Source of the DNA: Anthoceros angustus | Lineage: Eukaryota; Plantae; Anthocerotophyta | Assembly (NCBI GenBank): GCA_010909165.1 | Contig: MU008216.1 | Coordinates: 124,001 to 188,000 of the forward strand | Reading direction: 5' to 3' | Length of the DNA: 64,000 nucleotides | Shown here: piece after piece, positions 49,873 to 61,734 of the stretch | Numbering within the stretch: position 1 is the stretch's first letter | How the letters are laid out: each line of letters opens with the position of its first letter | Made by a program: the position numbers and the translations under genes | The notes under the pieces: generated by a model | The model's database searches: none | What the model saw: the letters and a program-made list of their open reading frames with translations, nothing else | What the model was told of the DNA's origin: nothing

Positions 49873-50187
49873 ACACCTATGCATGTATATATATATTATA
49901 AGAATATATATAATCAAATTAAAATATTTGTGGGCATCGAACAAAATCTTGATACTTGGGATGATAGGACCACGTAGTATTTCAATCTTTTTTACTCTTG
50001 ATAAAAACGTATTATTTAAGGTAAATAATTATAATAAATATTATAATATATATTTTAAAATTTGTTTGAAAGTTCGTACAATATGGTGATGCATATATAT
50101 AATGTACAATTCTGCTGTTTTTACATATACATACAAAACTAGGACATTAATCACAAGTATGGATCTAATAATTTAAGTGACTCCCAT

Positions 50188-50745
50188 CTAAATTCTTGGG
50201 GTTGCATCAAAAGGAAAAGGGTGGCGTGGCCAGGGAGGAAATTCTCGAACTGTAAATGGTGTATCTTTGTATCCAACAAAACAATCAAATGAATAAACAT
50301 TAGCTACTTTTGAATAGAAGCATTTTTTTCTGGCAAAATCACCAAGTGATATTATGCAAGCCTTACAATCCTCCGGTGATGTTGTTGTTGTTGTTGCTCG
50401 ACAGCCACCTCTATAGAAAATGCTCATAATTGAGCATGACATATCATCTTCTGTAACATGGCCTGTCAAATCACCTGTCACCCTTTCAACACTTGCTTGC
50501 CAAGGTCCGCCATCATCTACTTGCCCCTCATACGATTCTTGTGCTAGATTTGGCCAATTGGATTGTAATTCACGCGCTAGTTTTAGTATCGCTACTGGTA
50601 ATAAGGACAAGTATGTTTGTGTTATAGGAATAACATTGATACCTCCGCAATCGGCTCCATCTGGAACACTATTGGGTACACTTATAGTTGATCCAATAAA
50701 AAATACTAAAATAATATATACGCTTACAAACTTTGCAAAATCCAT
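50188..50745 (-). CDS. Secreted cysteine-rich Gnk2/DUF26 (ginkbilobin-2-like) protein, intronless, 185 aa
   Basis: Signal peptide MDFAKFVSVYIILVFFIGSTIS; GCRATTTTTSPEDCKAC (DUF26-like C..C-x2-C); KKCFYSKVANVYSFDCFVGY (C...C..Y tail). Confidence 0.75.
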   Translation of the reverse strand: MDFAKFVSVYIILVFFIGSTISVPNSVPDGADCGGINVIPITQTYLSLLPVAILKLARELQSNWPNLAQESYEGQVDDGGPWQASVERVTGDLTGHVTEDDMSCSIMSIFYRGGCRATTTTTSPEDCKACIISLGDFARKKCFYSKVANVYSFDCFVGYKDTPFTVREFPPWPRHPFPFDATPRI

Positions 50746-51618
50746 GGTGAAAAATATGATCGTTTCATGAATTGAACATTCATTGAAGGCAAATAAGTTC
50801 AAACTTTGGTGAAGTATGAAAGAAACAATTAACTACCTTATTTTTCAAAATGATATAACTTTTGATCTTCATGAATAGCTAAGTTAAAATTTTATTTCTC
50901 AAAATGATAAACTTTTGATCTTAATATGGATAGCTGTGTTAGGTGATCAGATATTATATTAAGCTATGTATTTCGTAGGAAACTCTGTTAGGTTATCAAA
51001 CCTACCTGATTTTGTCTAATTGAAATATATTACTTTTAGCTATTAATGATTATAAATACCTGGATATCAAAGTAAGATTAATTTTGACTTGTTGATCACT
51101 AGGCCAACTACCAGTCCATGCTTCTCATCACAATATTCCGACCGACCTGCAGGTGACACGCTTAACGTGCTTAAAGCTGCTGAATGATGGAGTTTGCTTA
51201 CGCATCCAAATCAGCCTTCACTCCAGGTGCCTGTGCAATCCGTGCCTCATGATATATTTATCAATAGTCTGGGCATTGCTGTGTAGATTTTCTCAGCTTA
51301 CTGCTTACCTTAGTGACGTGCTCAGCGACGCTGCTAAGCGGATGGACTCTAAGAAGACGTGGTCAGTGACCGAGTTCGCACGCAAGAAAACATATCTGGC
51401 TGGAAGTTGAACGACCTATTGACATGGCCACTTCCTTGCCGTCCAGAGTACGGCAGCATGAAGCTGTTAGCTGGCCGGGATTGCGGATGGCACAGCCGGT
51501 CGCGGCTTCAAAAGTCTGCACATCCCGGCTCAAATATTACAAAGAGGCTACCAGCAGTATCAGATTCTGCTTTTGAAGCTTACTTTCACATAAAACTGGC
51601 ATTCCAGGGCAGACTGCC

Positions 51619-54600
51619 TCACGCTACTGCCAGAAGGCACATCCTTGCTGCATGCTGCTCAAAAGCGTGAGAGACAACTGGTTCCTCTTTCAGCTGTGAG
51701 CTAAGCTCTTGCAACAGTTTGCGTATTGCTTCATGTTGCTCATGTCTGCAGTCACCCACCAGGAATGTGTGCATCTCCTCCTCATGCTCAATCCAACTTT
51801 GCCCAGGCTTCTTCCAAGCACCTGCACTCTGTCTCATCATATCTATCGCCTGTGCGTTCTGCAGCATGCCTGCCTCAGCGTATATGTTGCACATTAGCAC
51901 ATAAGCAGAACTGTTTTCTGGTTCCAGGCTTACAGCACAATCAAAAGCCCATCTTCCCATTGCCACGTTGCAATGCTTTCGACAAGCACCGAGTAAACAC
52001 AACCATACAGGCAAAGTAGGCTGCATTGGCATTTCCAAGAGCAGTTCTTGAGCCTTCTGGAAAAGTCCTGCGCTGCCAACAAGATCAATCATGCAGACAT
52101 AATGCTCCGTTTCCGGCCTTACGCTATGATCTTCGGTCATGCTTTCAAAGTAATACAGACCTAGGTCCACCATCCCCGCGTAACTGCAAGCAGACAATAC
52201 TGCCAAAAATGTGACACTGTTTGGCGTCATACCGGCCACACACATGTCCTTGTAACACTGAATGGTCATTGCGAAGTCTCCCTGTCGGGAATACCCAGCA
52301 ATAAGTGCACTCCAAGACACCACATCAGGCTCATGTAACGAGTCAAACACAACCCGAGAGTCCTCCATACTCCCACATTTGCCGTAAGCATGAATTAGAC
52401 TGGTGGCTACAGCAAGGCCACATTCAGATCCACTGTCCGCAATGGTTTGGTGGATGTCCCTGCAGACATTCAAGGCTCCTGTGCAGCAGCATGCTTCTAG
52501 CACGGAAAGAAATGTAGCCTCATCTGGTTTCACACCATCGGCTTGCATGTCAGCAAAAATTTGCAAGGCATTCTTCCCTTGGTCCTGCTGAGCATATCCT
52601 CCAATCATGGAAGTCCATGACACCACATTACGGTGGGATAAATGGTCAAAGACATAGCGTCCGTCTTTAACACTCCCACATTTTGCATAGATACTTACTA
52701 ATGTGTTACCAACAAACACATCTGATTCAAAGCCTCCCATACAAGCTGCAACATGTATATCCTTCACTCTTCGAAGTGACTCTACTTTGACATTCTGACT
52801 ATCCACAACTGCAGGTAACTCCTTTTCTGCAAGCATGCCACACGCTTGGAGAGTGCTGACAAAGGTACGAGCATCTGGCCTAACCCCATCACGTTGCATT
52901 AGCCCATACATCTGCCAGGCCATATCTCCTTGATCCTGCTGAGCATATGCTGCGATTATCGTATTCCATGACACAATGTCGCGGTGAGACAACTGATCGA
53001 ACACATGCCAAGCATCTTCAACACTTCCACACTTTGCATAGATACTAACCAAGATATTACCAACAGACCCTTCTAGTCCGCAACTCATTTCAGCAGCTTT
53101 GTGATGTATTCTCTTTACCCTAAGGAGCGACTGCAATTTAACACTTAACCCATGCATGTATGAGGCATCCTCTTTTTCGGCCATAGTACCACATGCTTGA
53201 AGAACGCTTGCAAAGGTACGACTATCTGGACAGACACCTTCCTGCAGCATTTGCCCGTAGAGCTGTAAAGCCTCCTCTACTTGCTCTTGCTGACCGTATG
53301 CAGCAATCATTGCATTCCATGACACTACATTGCGATGAGGAAGCCCTTCAAACACTTGTTGCGCATCCTTGACGCTACCACACTTGGCATATGTACTAAC
53401 CAAGGTGTTCCCCAAGAAGATGTCAGATTCTAAACTGCTTGCAACAGCTTCTTCATGTATTTCTTTTCCCCTGTGCAGTGACCCAACTTTAACATTTTGC
53501 CCATCAATAAATACAGTTGCCTCCTGCTCTGCAAAGGTGCCACATGCTTGGAGAGTGCTGACAAAAGTACGAGCAACTGGCCTGATTCCCTCTTCTTGCA
53601 TTTGCTCATAAATTTGAAGACCATTTTCTCCTTGGTCTTCCTGAGCATATGCTGCAATCAGAACAGTCCAGGAGACTACGTCTCGGTGAGACAATCCGTC
53701 AAACACCTGCTGAGCATCCATGAGGCTTCCACACCTTGCATACATGCTAACCAAAGTATTGCCAACAAACACATCGGAGTCAAGACCCCTCCTGGCAGCT
53801 TCCTGATGTATTTGTTTCCCCTTGTGCAGTGATTTTACCTTGGCATTTTGCCCATGACTTGTTGCCCTTTCCTCTTTTTCTGCAACACCCGCACATGCTT
53901 GGAAAGCACTGACAAAGGTACGAGCATCTGGATTGATTCCTTCCAATTGCATTTGCTCGTATAACTCCAATGCCCTCTCCCCCAGCCCCTGCTGAGCCAA
54001 TGCTGCAATCATAGCATTCCATGACACTACATCACGCTGGGCTAACCCATTAAAGACATGCTGTGCATCAACAAGGCTTCCGCACTTCGCATACATACTG
54101 ACCAATGCACTGCCCACAAACACATCTGATATGTAACCCATCTGAGCAGCTTTGGCATGTATATCCCTACCGTTCCGCAGGGCTTCTAGCTTCACTGACT
54201 GCTCGTCCTGAGGACCACTTTCCTCCTCTTCAGCAAGGCCAGCACAAGCTTGGAGTGCGGAGACCAAGGTCCAATCATTGGGTCTGATCCCTTGGTCTTG
54301 CATTTCACGATACAACTGCATACCTTTCCACCCTTGTCCCTGCTTGGCATAGGCTCCAAGCATTGCATTCCACGAGGCCACATCTCGATAGGACATCCTG
54401 ACGAACACATTATGGGCATCCACCATGCTCCCACACTTCGCATACATACTAACTAAAGTGGTGCAGACAAAACCATCAGACTCAAACCCATGTTTAACAG
54501 CAGTAGCATGGACCCGTTTCCCTTGTTGGAGATCCTCTAATCTACTGCACGCTTTTAGTAAGCTGACCACAGTGTATTTGTCGGGCTGAACACCTTCCCG

Positions 54601-55149
54601 TTGCATCTGCTCATAACAAGAGAGAGCCTTTTTACATTGTCCAGCATCGACATACCCCGAAATGATGGCTGTCCAAGAAAAAGCAGTCCTTTGCGACAGT
54701 CTTCGAAACACATGCAGCCCATCTGCCAGGCTTCCACACTTCACCAGCGTGGTAACCACAAGATCCATCAAATATCGATTTGACCCTAGCCCATGCTTTA
54801 CCAAATGTGCATACACCTGCTTGGTTTCTGAGAGGGCCTTCATTTTCATGCACGCCTGCAAGAAGTTCTTGTACATGTGCATCGCATGGGGGCTGTCCTG
54901 CTGGTCCATGTGGAGCAGGGCATCCAACGCCGTGTCGAGTCGTCCCTCCCTGCATAGCGCTTGTACTTTGCAAGCATCCAGAGAGTTAATCCGCACCCTG
55001 AAATAGTCCAAAAACCCCGACTTGAGACCGTGTACATGGGAAGTCGGGACTGAACTACAGCATGACATCCTCCAGGAACTCACCTTTGACCTCCAGGAGT
55101 CAGGCTGGAAGAACCCATCATCCCACGAACCGTGTGATGACCAACTCAA
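51619..55149 (-). CDS. Large PLS-class PPR protein (~1150-1176 aa), E/E+ subtype, no DYW domain
   Basis: Uninterrupted ORF of P-L-S triplets; E motifs YVCMIDLVGSAG..WLCLLGACRKHC; KKPGQSWIE..FLVGD..H. The true start is uncertain (first in-frame ATG at 55068). Confidence 0.95.
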   Translation of the reverse strand: MSWSSHGSWDDGFFQPDSWRSKVSSWRMSCCSSVPTSHVHGLKSGFLDYFRVRINSLDACKVQALCREGRLDTALDALLHMDQQDSPHAMHMYKNFLQACMKMKALSETKQVYAHLVKHGLGSNRYLMDLVVTTLVKCGSLADGLHVFRRLSQRTAFSWTAIISGYVDAGQCKKALSCYEQMQREGVQPDKYTVVSLLKACSRLEDLQQGKRVHATAVKHGFESDGFVCTTLVSMYAKCGSMVDAHNVFVRMSYRDVASWNAMLGAYAKQGQGWKGMQLYREMQDQGIRPNDWTLVSALQACAGLAEEEESGPQDEQSVKLEALRNGRDIHAKAAQMGYISDVFVGSALVSMYAKCGSLVDAQHVFNGLAQRDVVSWNAMIAALAQQGLGERALELYEQMQLEGINPDARTFVSAFQACAGVAEKEERATSHGQNAKVKSLHKGKQIHQEAARRGLDSDVFVGNTLVSMYARCGSLMDAQQVFDGLSHRDVVSWTVLIAAYAQEDQGENGLQIYEQMQEEGIRPVARTFVSTLQACGTFAEQEATVFIDGQNVKVGSLHRGKEIHEEAVASSLESDIFLGNTLVSTYAKCGSVKDAQQVFEGLPHRNVVSWNAMIAAYGQQEQVEEALQLYGQMLQEGVCPDSRTFASVLQACGTMAEKEDASYMHGLSVKLQSLLRVKRIHHKAAEMSCGLEGSVGNILVSIYAKCGSVEDAWHVFDQLSHRDIVSWNTIIAAYAQQDQGDMAWQMYGLMQRDGVRPDARTFVSTLQACGMLAEKELPAVVDSQNVKVESLRRVKDIHVAACMGGFESDVFVGNTLVSIYAKCGSVKDGRYVFDHLSHRNVVSWTSMIGGYAQQDQGKNALQIFADMQADGVKPDEATFLSVLEACCCTGALNVCRDIHQTIADSGSECGLAVATSLIHAYGKCGSMEDSRVVFDSLHEPDVVSWSALIAGYSRQGDFAMTIQCYKDMCVAGMTPNSVTFLAVLSACSYAGMVDLGLYYFESMTEDHSVRPETEHYVCMIDLVGSAGLFQKAQELLLEMPMQPTLPVWLCLLGACRKHCNVAMGRWAFDCAVSLEPENSSAYVLMCNIYAEAGMLQNAQAIDMMRQSAGAWKKPGQSWIEHEEEMHTFLVGDCRHEQHEAIRKLLQELSSQLKEEPVVSHAFEQHAARMCLLAVA

Positions 55150-55796
55150 CCAGGCTTGTATGGGTGCTCAGCCGCAGAAGCGCATTCCATATTCATCGTT
55201 GCCATGAGAATGAGAGGGCAGATGGAGAACATGGCGGGCAGGTGTTGGATGGATGTGGCGCGGGATGCACACTCCCAGTGTACAGACGAGGGTGAGCGGT
55301 GGGCCCCGGTTCTGCATACACGAGTGCGTCTCGTCGGTGACGACTTCTGTTGATCGGCCTGCTATGTGCATACACAAACATACATGTTCCATACCCATGC
55401 CAGGCTTATGGACCTTTTATATGTACTCAGAGATCTGTTTTGACAGGCCATAAAATTGTCAACATTAGGACAGGTATTCAGTGTAATAGTTGGGGCTATC
55501 GTCCGGTCCAAGGGCATTGGAATGAAGTTGGTACAACCAAGCCTCCTTTCAACTTCTATCATCCCCCACTTTGATATCCGTGGTGCACAGTTACAAGATT
55601 CACGACAACGAGGGTTAGTTCCACAGTCTGGTGCCCTCATAAGGGTTGTTCCCTTCTCTTGGGTAGGTGGTTTCCCATCTCTTTTTCATAATAAAATCCC
55701 CTAATAATAAAAAATAAAATTGTCATATCCTAATTATGCAGTATGGTCATATGTATGGGTTCTGAACTTGTGGGTGATAAAAATGAGACACTCCAG

Positions 55797-57279
55797 TCAA
55801 GGTGAAGGCAAAATGGTTTTGGTAGTGAGGAGGAAGAGCTGGCCTGTGAAGGTGCCGGCGGGACGACAAGGCTGGAAATCCAGGAGAGAGCTTGTGGGTC
55901 TGGCTGTCAGGCAGTTGGCCATGTTGGAAATAGACTGCACCTGGAAAATGCTATCGCCGCTGTCGGCGGGGCAGTTGCTTGCCTCCTTCACCTTCACGAT
56001 GCGAAAAAACTGGTGGGCTCCGCGTTTCAGCAGATCCAGTGGCCCCGATAGGCAAGTCTGCTGCACCAGAGTCTGCCCAGTTCCGCCTCCTTGATCGTCC
56101 CAGCACTTGTTTGTGCCGCTTCTCTGCACTTGAGAGAATAAGTTCTGCTCCAGAACTGTCCCAATACGGAGCAAGTGTGAGTGCATCGTATTCACAAGTA
56201 TGGGCAAGGGCATTTGCAGCAGGCACGATATCAGGGACATGGTTCATTGTGCTTACGGTTTTGGATCAACTGTGCGTCGTAGGGGAAGATGACGAACGAC
56301 TGCCTCAATTGAGCCTCCGGCGTACGGGGCCCGGTTTCGAACTGTCCCGTCTCAGCAACTGTGAGATGCAGAAGGTTGGAATCCTAGCCTCCTACGAAAT
56401 GCACAGACTGGATCACTCACGGGAACGAGGTCGTCCCGGTTGCCGTTGTCCGGCCCCGGAATCTGGATGGCGCTCACTGTCGCCCGAGCGTTGTTGTTCA
56501 CCAACACGGTGTCGTTGAGGCAGGCGATGCTTGTCTGGAGGATCGGGGTGAATCGTGTGTTGTTGAAGGTAAAAACTGCGAACAATTTGCAGCAGAGTAA
56601 GATGTATTTGATCGTGGTGGTTGCCGAGCAAACCCATCACACGCTTTGTTCGCGGACTTCCGCAAACACAAGCGTCAGCAGAGAAACAATTTCTCATTCC
56701 CACCACCCAGCAAATGAAGGGTGGAAGATCTGAGTGGAACGAACAAAGGTTATGCATAGTATTTGGATTTTCGTCAGTCTAACACTGGAACATTTATTAC
56801 CTCTCAGGTTATGGTATTTGGATCTTCGTCAACCTAAAGACTGAAACATTTATTACCTCCCAGGGTATGGTATTTGGATCTTCGTCAGCGTAAGACTGGA
56901 ACATTTACCACCTCCCAGGTTATGGTATTGGGATCGTCGTCAGCGTAAGACTGGAACATTTATTACCTCCCACTCGGAATTGAAGGTGGCGACGCGCAGC
57001 AGCTCCACTCGCCAAGGATTTCTGTTTGGCCATTCGAAGCGATCAGTATTTAGACTTGCGCAAATCGTGTAACTTTGCAATAGAAAAATAGGAGAGACTT
57101 ATCACCACGCTTGCAGCAGGTTGCAAACGTGCGTCCACATCTTGAAGGTGACCACCCAGCCCACCTGCATTTTCACGGCGATCTTCCAGACTCCTTGCAA
57201 CCGAACAAACAACAAACTTTAGGACGGTCAGCAAGCACGCACCTGCAAAAATCAGCGTTAGAAGAAGATGGAAGCTCAT
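55797..57279 (-). CDS. Secreted ricin-B-type (beta-trefoil) lectin-like protein, multi-exon
   Basis: Signal-peptide exon MSFHLLLTLIFA at 57279. The 3' exons splice in frame: ..IACLNDTVLV..DDLVP | FETGPRTPEAQLRQSFVIFPYDAQLIQN | LQRSGTNKCWDDQGGGTGQTLVQQTC..AHQFF..SISNMANCLTA..LDFQPC..GQLF. The linkage of the 5' exons is tentative. Confidence 0.6.
56761..56971. repeat. 55-56-bp minisatellite x4 (putatively intronic)
   Basis: Units atttggatcttcgtcagcgtaagactggaacatttattacctcccaggttatggt start at 56761, 56816, 56872 and 56927, with no spacers. Confidence 0.95.
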
Positions 57280-57462
57280 GTTGCAGAGCTGTGTGAATCG
57301 TCGCCGCAAACACATGGTAAATGACGAGAGAGAGAGAGAGCATGCGATGTATATAGAACCGTAGATAGGTCTTGCAGTTCAGCTGTCACGCTGGTGAATC
57401 GTAATCCTGATTCGCTCGTTACCACAACACCCCTCGCGGTTGCAGAAGTGAAATGGTGACTT

Positions 57463-59116
57463 TCAGAAGATGATGGTTTTATTGCTACTGTAACGAAATA
57501 TGCGGTGCTCACAAAAGTACCTTATGGCTTTAGCTAGGCACTGCTTTTCAAGGTTCTCAGATTTTGTCGCAAAGGCATGAAGGCTATCCCGATGAGAGAT
57601 TCGGTCGACCTGAAAGGCATCAGAGGCACACAGATATCAGACGTTGGATTGTCCGGTGCGTTGTATATTAGGAAGGCCTGGCCTGGGTTGGACTGGACTG
57701 GACTAGACTGGGAGGATCCTCACTGCATCTTACCATTTGTTCGATGATGGGCCCAGCATCTAGTTCCGGCGTAACGAAATGACTGGTTGCCCCAATCAGC
57801 TTCACTCCTGCTTGGTAAGCCTGCCAAGGTCGGTACTCCAAACAGTTAGGGTTAAAACATTTGCCCATCGTGAACATACGACTTGGACGACTTAACCACT
57901 CCCTCACCTGCCTGTACGGATTGGCTCCTTTAAAAGATGGGAGTAATCCATGATGGATGTTGATGATATCCTTGCCATAACCGGCCAAGAACTCAGGCGA
58001 CAATACCTGCGGCACCAAACAACATTAGAGGCCTGTGTCTGCGCATATCATCTGCCCTGAACGGCTTACAAAGCAGAAAGAAAGCCAGCTGCCTCCCACA
58101 CCTGCATGTATCGAGCCAGCACCAGAAAGTCCGTGTTTGCAACAATCTCCAGAATGTCACTCTCTCTTTTGTTGTCCTTGCTGGTAGGCAAGTAGTGGTA
58201 GGGAATACCATGCCTGTCGAGAAAACGCATGACATGCGTGTTGGGTCCTCGACTGTGATTGCTGCAGTTACAGAAACAACACACTTTCAAACGGCTCACA
58301 AAATTGTAGAATTTGCTGTCCTGAGTAACATTCCAGAATATACCTAATAATACAGCTTATGTCAACTGGGAGCTCTCCTTCTTGCCATCTGTGTAAAAGA
58401 TCAATCAAGCAATGGTCCTGCCAAAGTTTGCAAGAAGTTAGCCGGGGCAAGCTTTTGGTCATCGAGTAGCAGATTCAACTGACTGACATCCGAGCAACAG
58501 GAAGATCACCTGCCAAGATGCAAGCACAGCCATCTTCATGTTAGCATCACTGCCGGGCACGTGCACAAGGGACTTCACAGCTTTGAAGTGCTCATGCAGC
58601 TTCCTAAAGTCTTCATCCATGACTGCCCTCGGCCACAGCAACGGGTTGAATGCAAACTCACTGAATGAAGGGGTGAGAAGTTATGGGAGGATTCACAAGA
58701 GAAACGTAGGAACAAAACAAGGATGAACAAATGGCTAGTTGTTTCAACAAAGATTCAGAGCTACCTTCGAGCATAAAAGGCCGGCTTCTGTGCAGCATCG
58801 AAATCTATGTGCAAGTCCACGTTCAGCATGTTCGCTCCTCGGGAGGCAATGCAGTCCGAGATTTTAGCCACGATCCCGAGCTGGTCCTGTCATTCAACCC
58901 ATGAAGCCCAGCTTCAGAATCTGTCACAGCAGCCCCAACCGATCCGCCCAACAGCAAAGGCACTACCGTGCAATGGAAGACATGCACTCCGTGGAGTACG
59001 TCCTTGGAATGTCCTTCCACACTTCTGCCTGCTGAGAACGTGAGGCCCCGAAGCTGCCACAGCCTTGCACTGCTCTCATATCTGTGACCGCTGATGCCGC
59101 ATGCGAATCTGAGCAT
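57463..59116 (-). CDS. PURU: Formyltetrahydrofolate deformylase (mitochondrial-type), 8 exons
   Basis: HGVHVFHCT | [17 protein letters not shown]; [20 protein letters not shown]; [10 protein letters not shown] | [26 protein letters not shown] | [29 protein letters not shown] | [24 protein letters not shown]. Confidence 0.95.
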
Positions 59117-59564
59117 CCTGGCTGGCCGGGGCGCACGTCTGAGCTAAGCCAGATCCTCCGAGTATCCGCGTAGTCTGGACCTGTGGACATCACGAATGCT
59201 GGCGGTAGCGGCCAGTGGAATTCCAGCTTCAGCAAGCTCTGCCTTAACTGGCAGCAGCGCAAGAGCTTTCCCTCAAAATTAGGATGTGCGAAACGAAACA
59301 CTTCCTGTCCATCCACATACCAGCAATACACAGTAGACGAGCCCTGACAAAGCATTTTATTTCTTCGTATGTACAACGGTTGCTCACAAAGAATAGTTCC
59401 TATCCCAATAGCTTAGGTCTCGTACGGCTGAAGTCCTGCGAAGCAGCAGCTTCTCCCTCCTAGTGCTAGGAGGTGAGAAAGGTCACAACAGCGTCCACAA
59501 CTGCATACATATACACACAAGCCCGGCACAAACAATGAGATATGTACAGGGTTGTGTGGCCCGA

Positions 59565-61397
59565 TCACTGAAGCCGGTTTAGAGCCATCTTCTGAAACAA
59601 ATCGGTCAAAGCATCGTAGAGAGGCTTGGCAGCTGTGGGTTGAGGAGTGTGGCCAAACAGAATCTTGGAGGATGTAATGAGAGGACTCCCGTAGAAGCGA
59701 GCGTTGGCGTCATTCCGTGTAGCTACAACGTTGCCCTCCAGGGAAACACCGACAAAGGCCCCTGCACCATTGTTTTAAGCCAAGGGATTAGACCGCCAAA
59801 ACGTCAGCTGAATCCAACAACCACAAACATTCCAGAAAGCAAAAGTAGACCTGGCCAGAATCTGCTACCACCGGAGTAACTCACTCATACCTTTGCTGCA
59901 GCTGTAGGTGTAACAAGCAGCAGCTCCACTAGTACTGGCCCGAATATCCGCCTCCGCGACACGGCCAATGGGACCGACTGCAGCACTTACACCAGCACCA
60001 AGAGAGAGGTGGACGGTGCCGGCGAATGCTTTCAAAGCCTTATAGCTCCTCAGCACAATGATGAAGTCCGTCAGCTCTCCTCCTGCCTGCAACAACGCAG
60101 ATATCCACCAGCCAGGCGGAGCCAGCATGGTCATGCAACTGACTCAACGAAAATCTCAGTCCAGCTTATAGGGAAGCCTGTCAGGTACAACTCCCACAAG
60201 ATAATCAGCATGGCCAAGTAGCACCCACCTGACAGCCCCAACCGAGGCCACAAGTTCCAATTGCGGAGGGCGCAGACCACGAACCATCAGCTTGCCGTGC
60301 CACCACCAGGCCTGTTCCCATCTTATACGTCACCATCATTCCTGCTTTCACGACAGTGAGGATAGCCAGCCCCCGAGCTCCACTCAACACAGCGTCCGGG
60401 ATCATTTTCTCCGGCTCCAAGCTCCCGATCTACATCCAGAGAAACCGAAGCACAACATCAGCAGCAGCAGCAGCAGCAAAACAGAACAAGGTGGAAACCC
60501 TAGAGGCCTCGACCAAACTACCTTGCAGTAGCTCCTGATCGTGTTGGTAGCCTTGTAGATTTCCATCTCCATGGACAGGCCGTAAGGGCTGTTGAGCCAA
60601 CCTCTCATGCAAGTCATATCAGTGACATCGAAGGTGGCTCTTTGAGAGGCGTTGCTGACGCGGGCGGTCAAGATCCTCTGCACCGGCAGCAGTCTGTGCT
60701 CGCACGCAGTACACACCCGCTGCGGATTCCTCTCCCGGAACCTGACCGGCAGCAAGCACCGCCCCGTGGAGCACCACCTGCAGAAGATCTGTCCGCAGAA
60801 CCGGCAGTGGTGCCTCCCGCAGGTGAGAGCTCTGAAGGGACGAAGGCACTGCCGGCACGCCTTGGCTTTACTGTCAGGCATCCAGTCCGAGGGCTCCGCC
60901 TCCAGAATCCCCTCCAGCGCCTTCACATCGGCATCAGCGCTGGAGCCCAGCGGAGGGGCACTGGGGGAATGCCCTCCCCGCCACGGCTTCACCCCATCCT
61001 CGCTGAAGAAGCCGCTCTCCCCAGCAACGAACGCCTCCCCCTCCCCGCCAATTGCCGACGAGTGGCTGGACGGGGAGTCGGGCCACTCCTGAAACCGCCC
61101 TGTGTCCTCCAGCGTGCTCGCCGCCCTGCCGCTCCCGGACAGAATTGCCACAGCTCCGCTCAACACGTTCCACAGATTCAACTCCGGCTGCCTGGACCCT
61201 AACATCAGAGCTCCTCGGTACCGTCCGCCATCGTCATCCGCAAAGTAGCCCCCCGCATAGAGAGCTCCATTTTTCCCCGAGCCCGGCGGTACAGAGACGG
61301 GGATCCAGGAGTTGAAATCTTCCGACAGGTGCGTGGAGTAGCGACAGGACTCTTCCGGCTGGGCAAGGGCATGATCGTGCTCATGCTCGTATCCCAT
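59565..61397 (-). CDS. CFS1: FYVE zinc finger + SYLF/Ysc84 domain protein (CFS1/FYVE2-like)
   Basis: WMPDS..CRQC..F..GRHHCRFCGQIFC..C..RVC..C (FYVE); EIYKATNTIRSY; GLAILTVVKAG..GTGLVVAR..WSAPSAI; GGELTDFIIVL; AAVGPIGR; YTYSCSKG; GVSLEG..TRNDANARFYG. Confidence 0.88.
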
Positions 61398-61734
61398 GCC
61401 CGGAGCGCCTCGTCCCCAAACCGAATTCGCCAGGCTTGCTGGGCTGGTGAGATCACATCTGCGCAGGCGCCCTCACACTACTTCCCACAAACCTATACTA
61501 TAGGTACACCACCTCTGAGTCCCCCTCCTTCACTCTGCTATCTATGTCCCATGTTTGCACAACCCGACTTGACACGGCAGGTTGGGCGGACTGGAGCAAG
61601 ACGCAGATTCGTTTTCCATTTTGGTAATCACCGGAACAATTTTTGCTTCACCTAGTCGTGGTGAAGCTTTGGTTCGCCTTCAAATATTTATCTTAAATTC
61701 ATGCTTTAACTTTCTAGCCATGCTAATGCTAACT

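Noticed and set aside
49642-50089. ORFs rich in YVCM / HTYI
   Set aside because: These are translations of the (GTAT)n microsatellite.
36206-55149. DYW or DYW:KP (U-to-C) editing enzymes
   Set aside because: Neither PPR has an HxE..CxxC deaminase domain; both end after E/E+.
56761-56971. CRISPR-like array
   Set aside because: The units are contiguous with no unique spacers, and the context is eukaryotic with no cas genes. It is a minisatellite.
17692-59116. Metabolic or cofactor gene cluster (NDUFAF5, CNX1, PurU)
   Set aside because: The pathways are unrelated and the genes are widely spaced among unrelated genes; this is ordinary gene-dense eukaryotic DNA.
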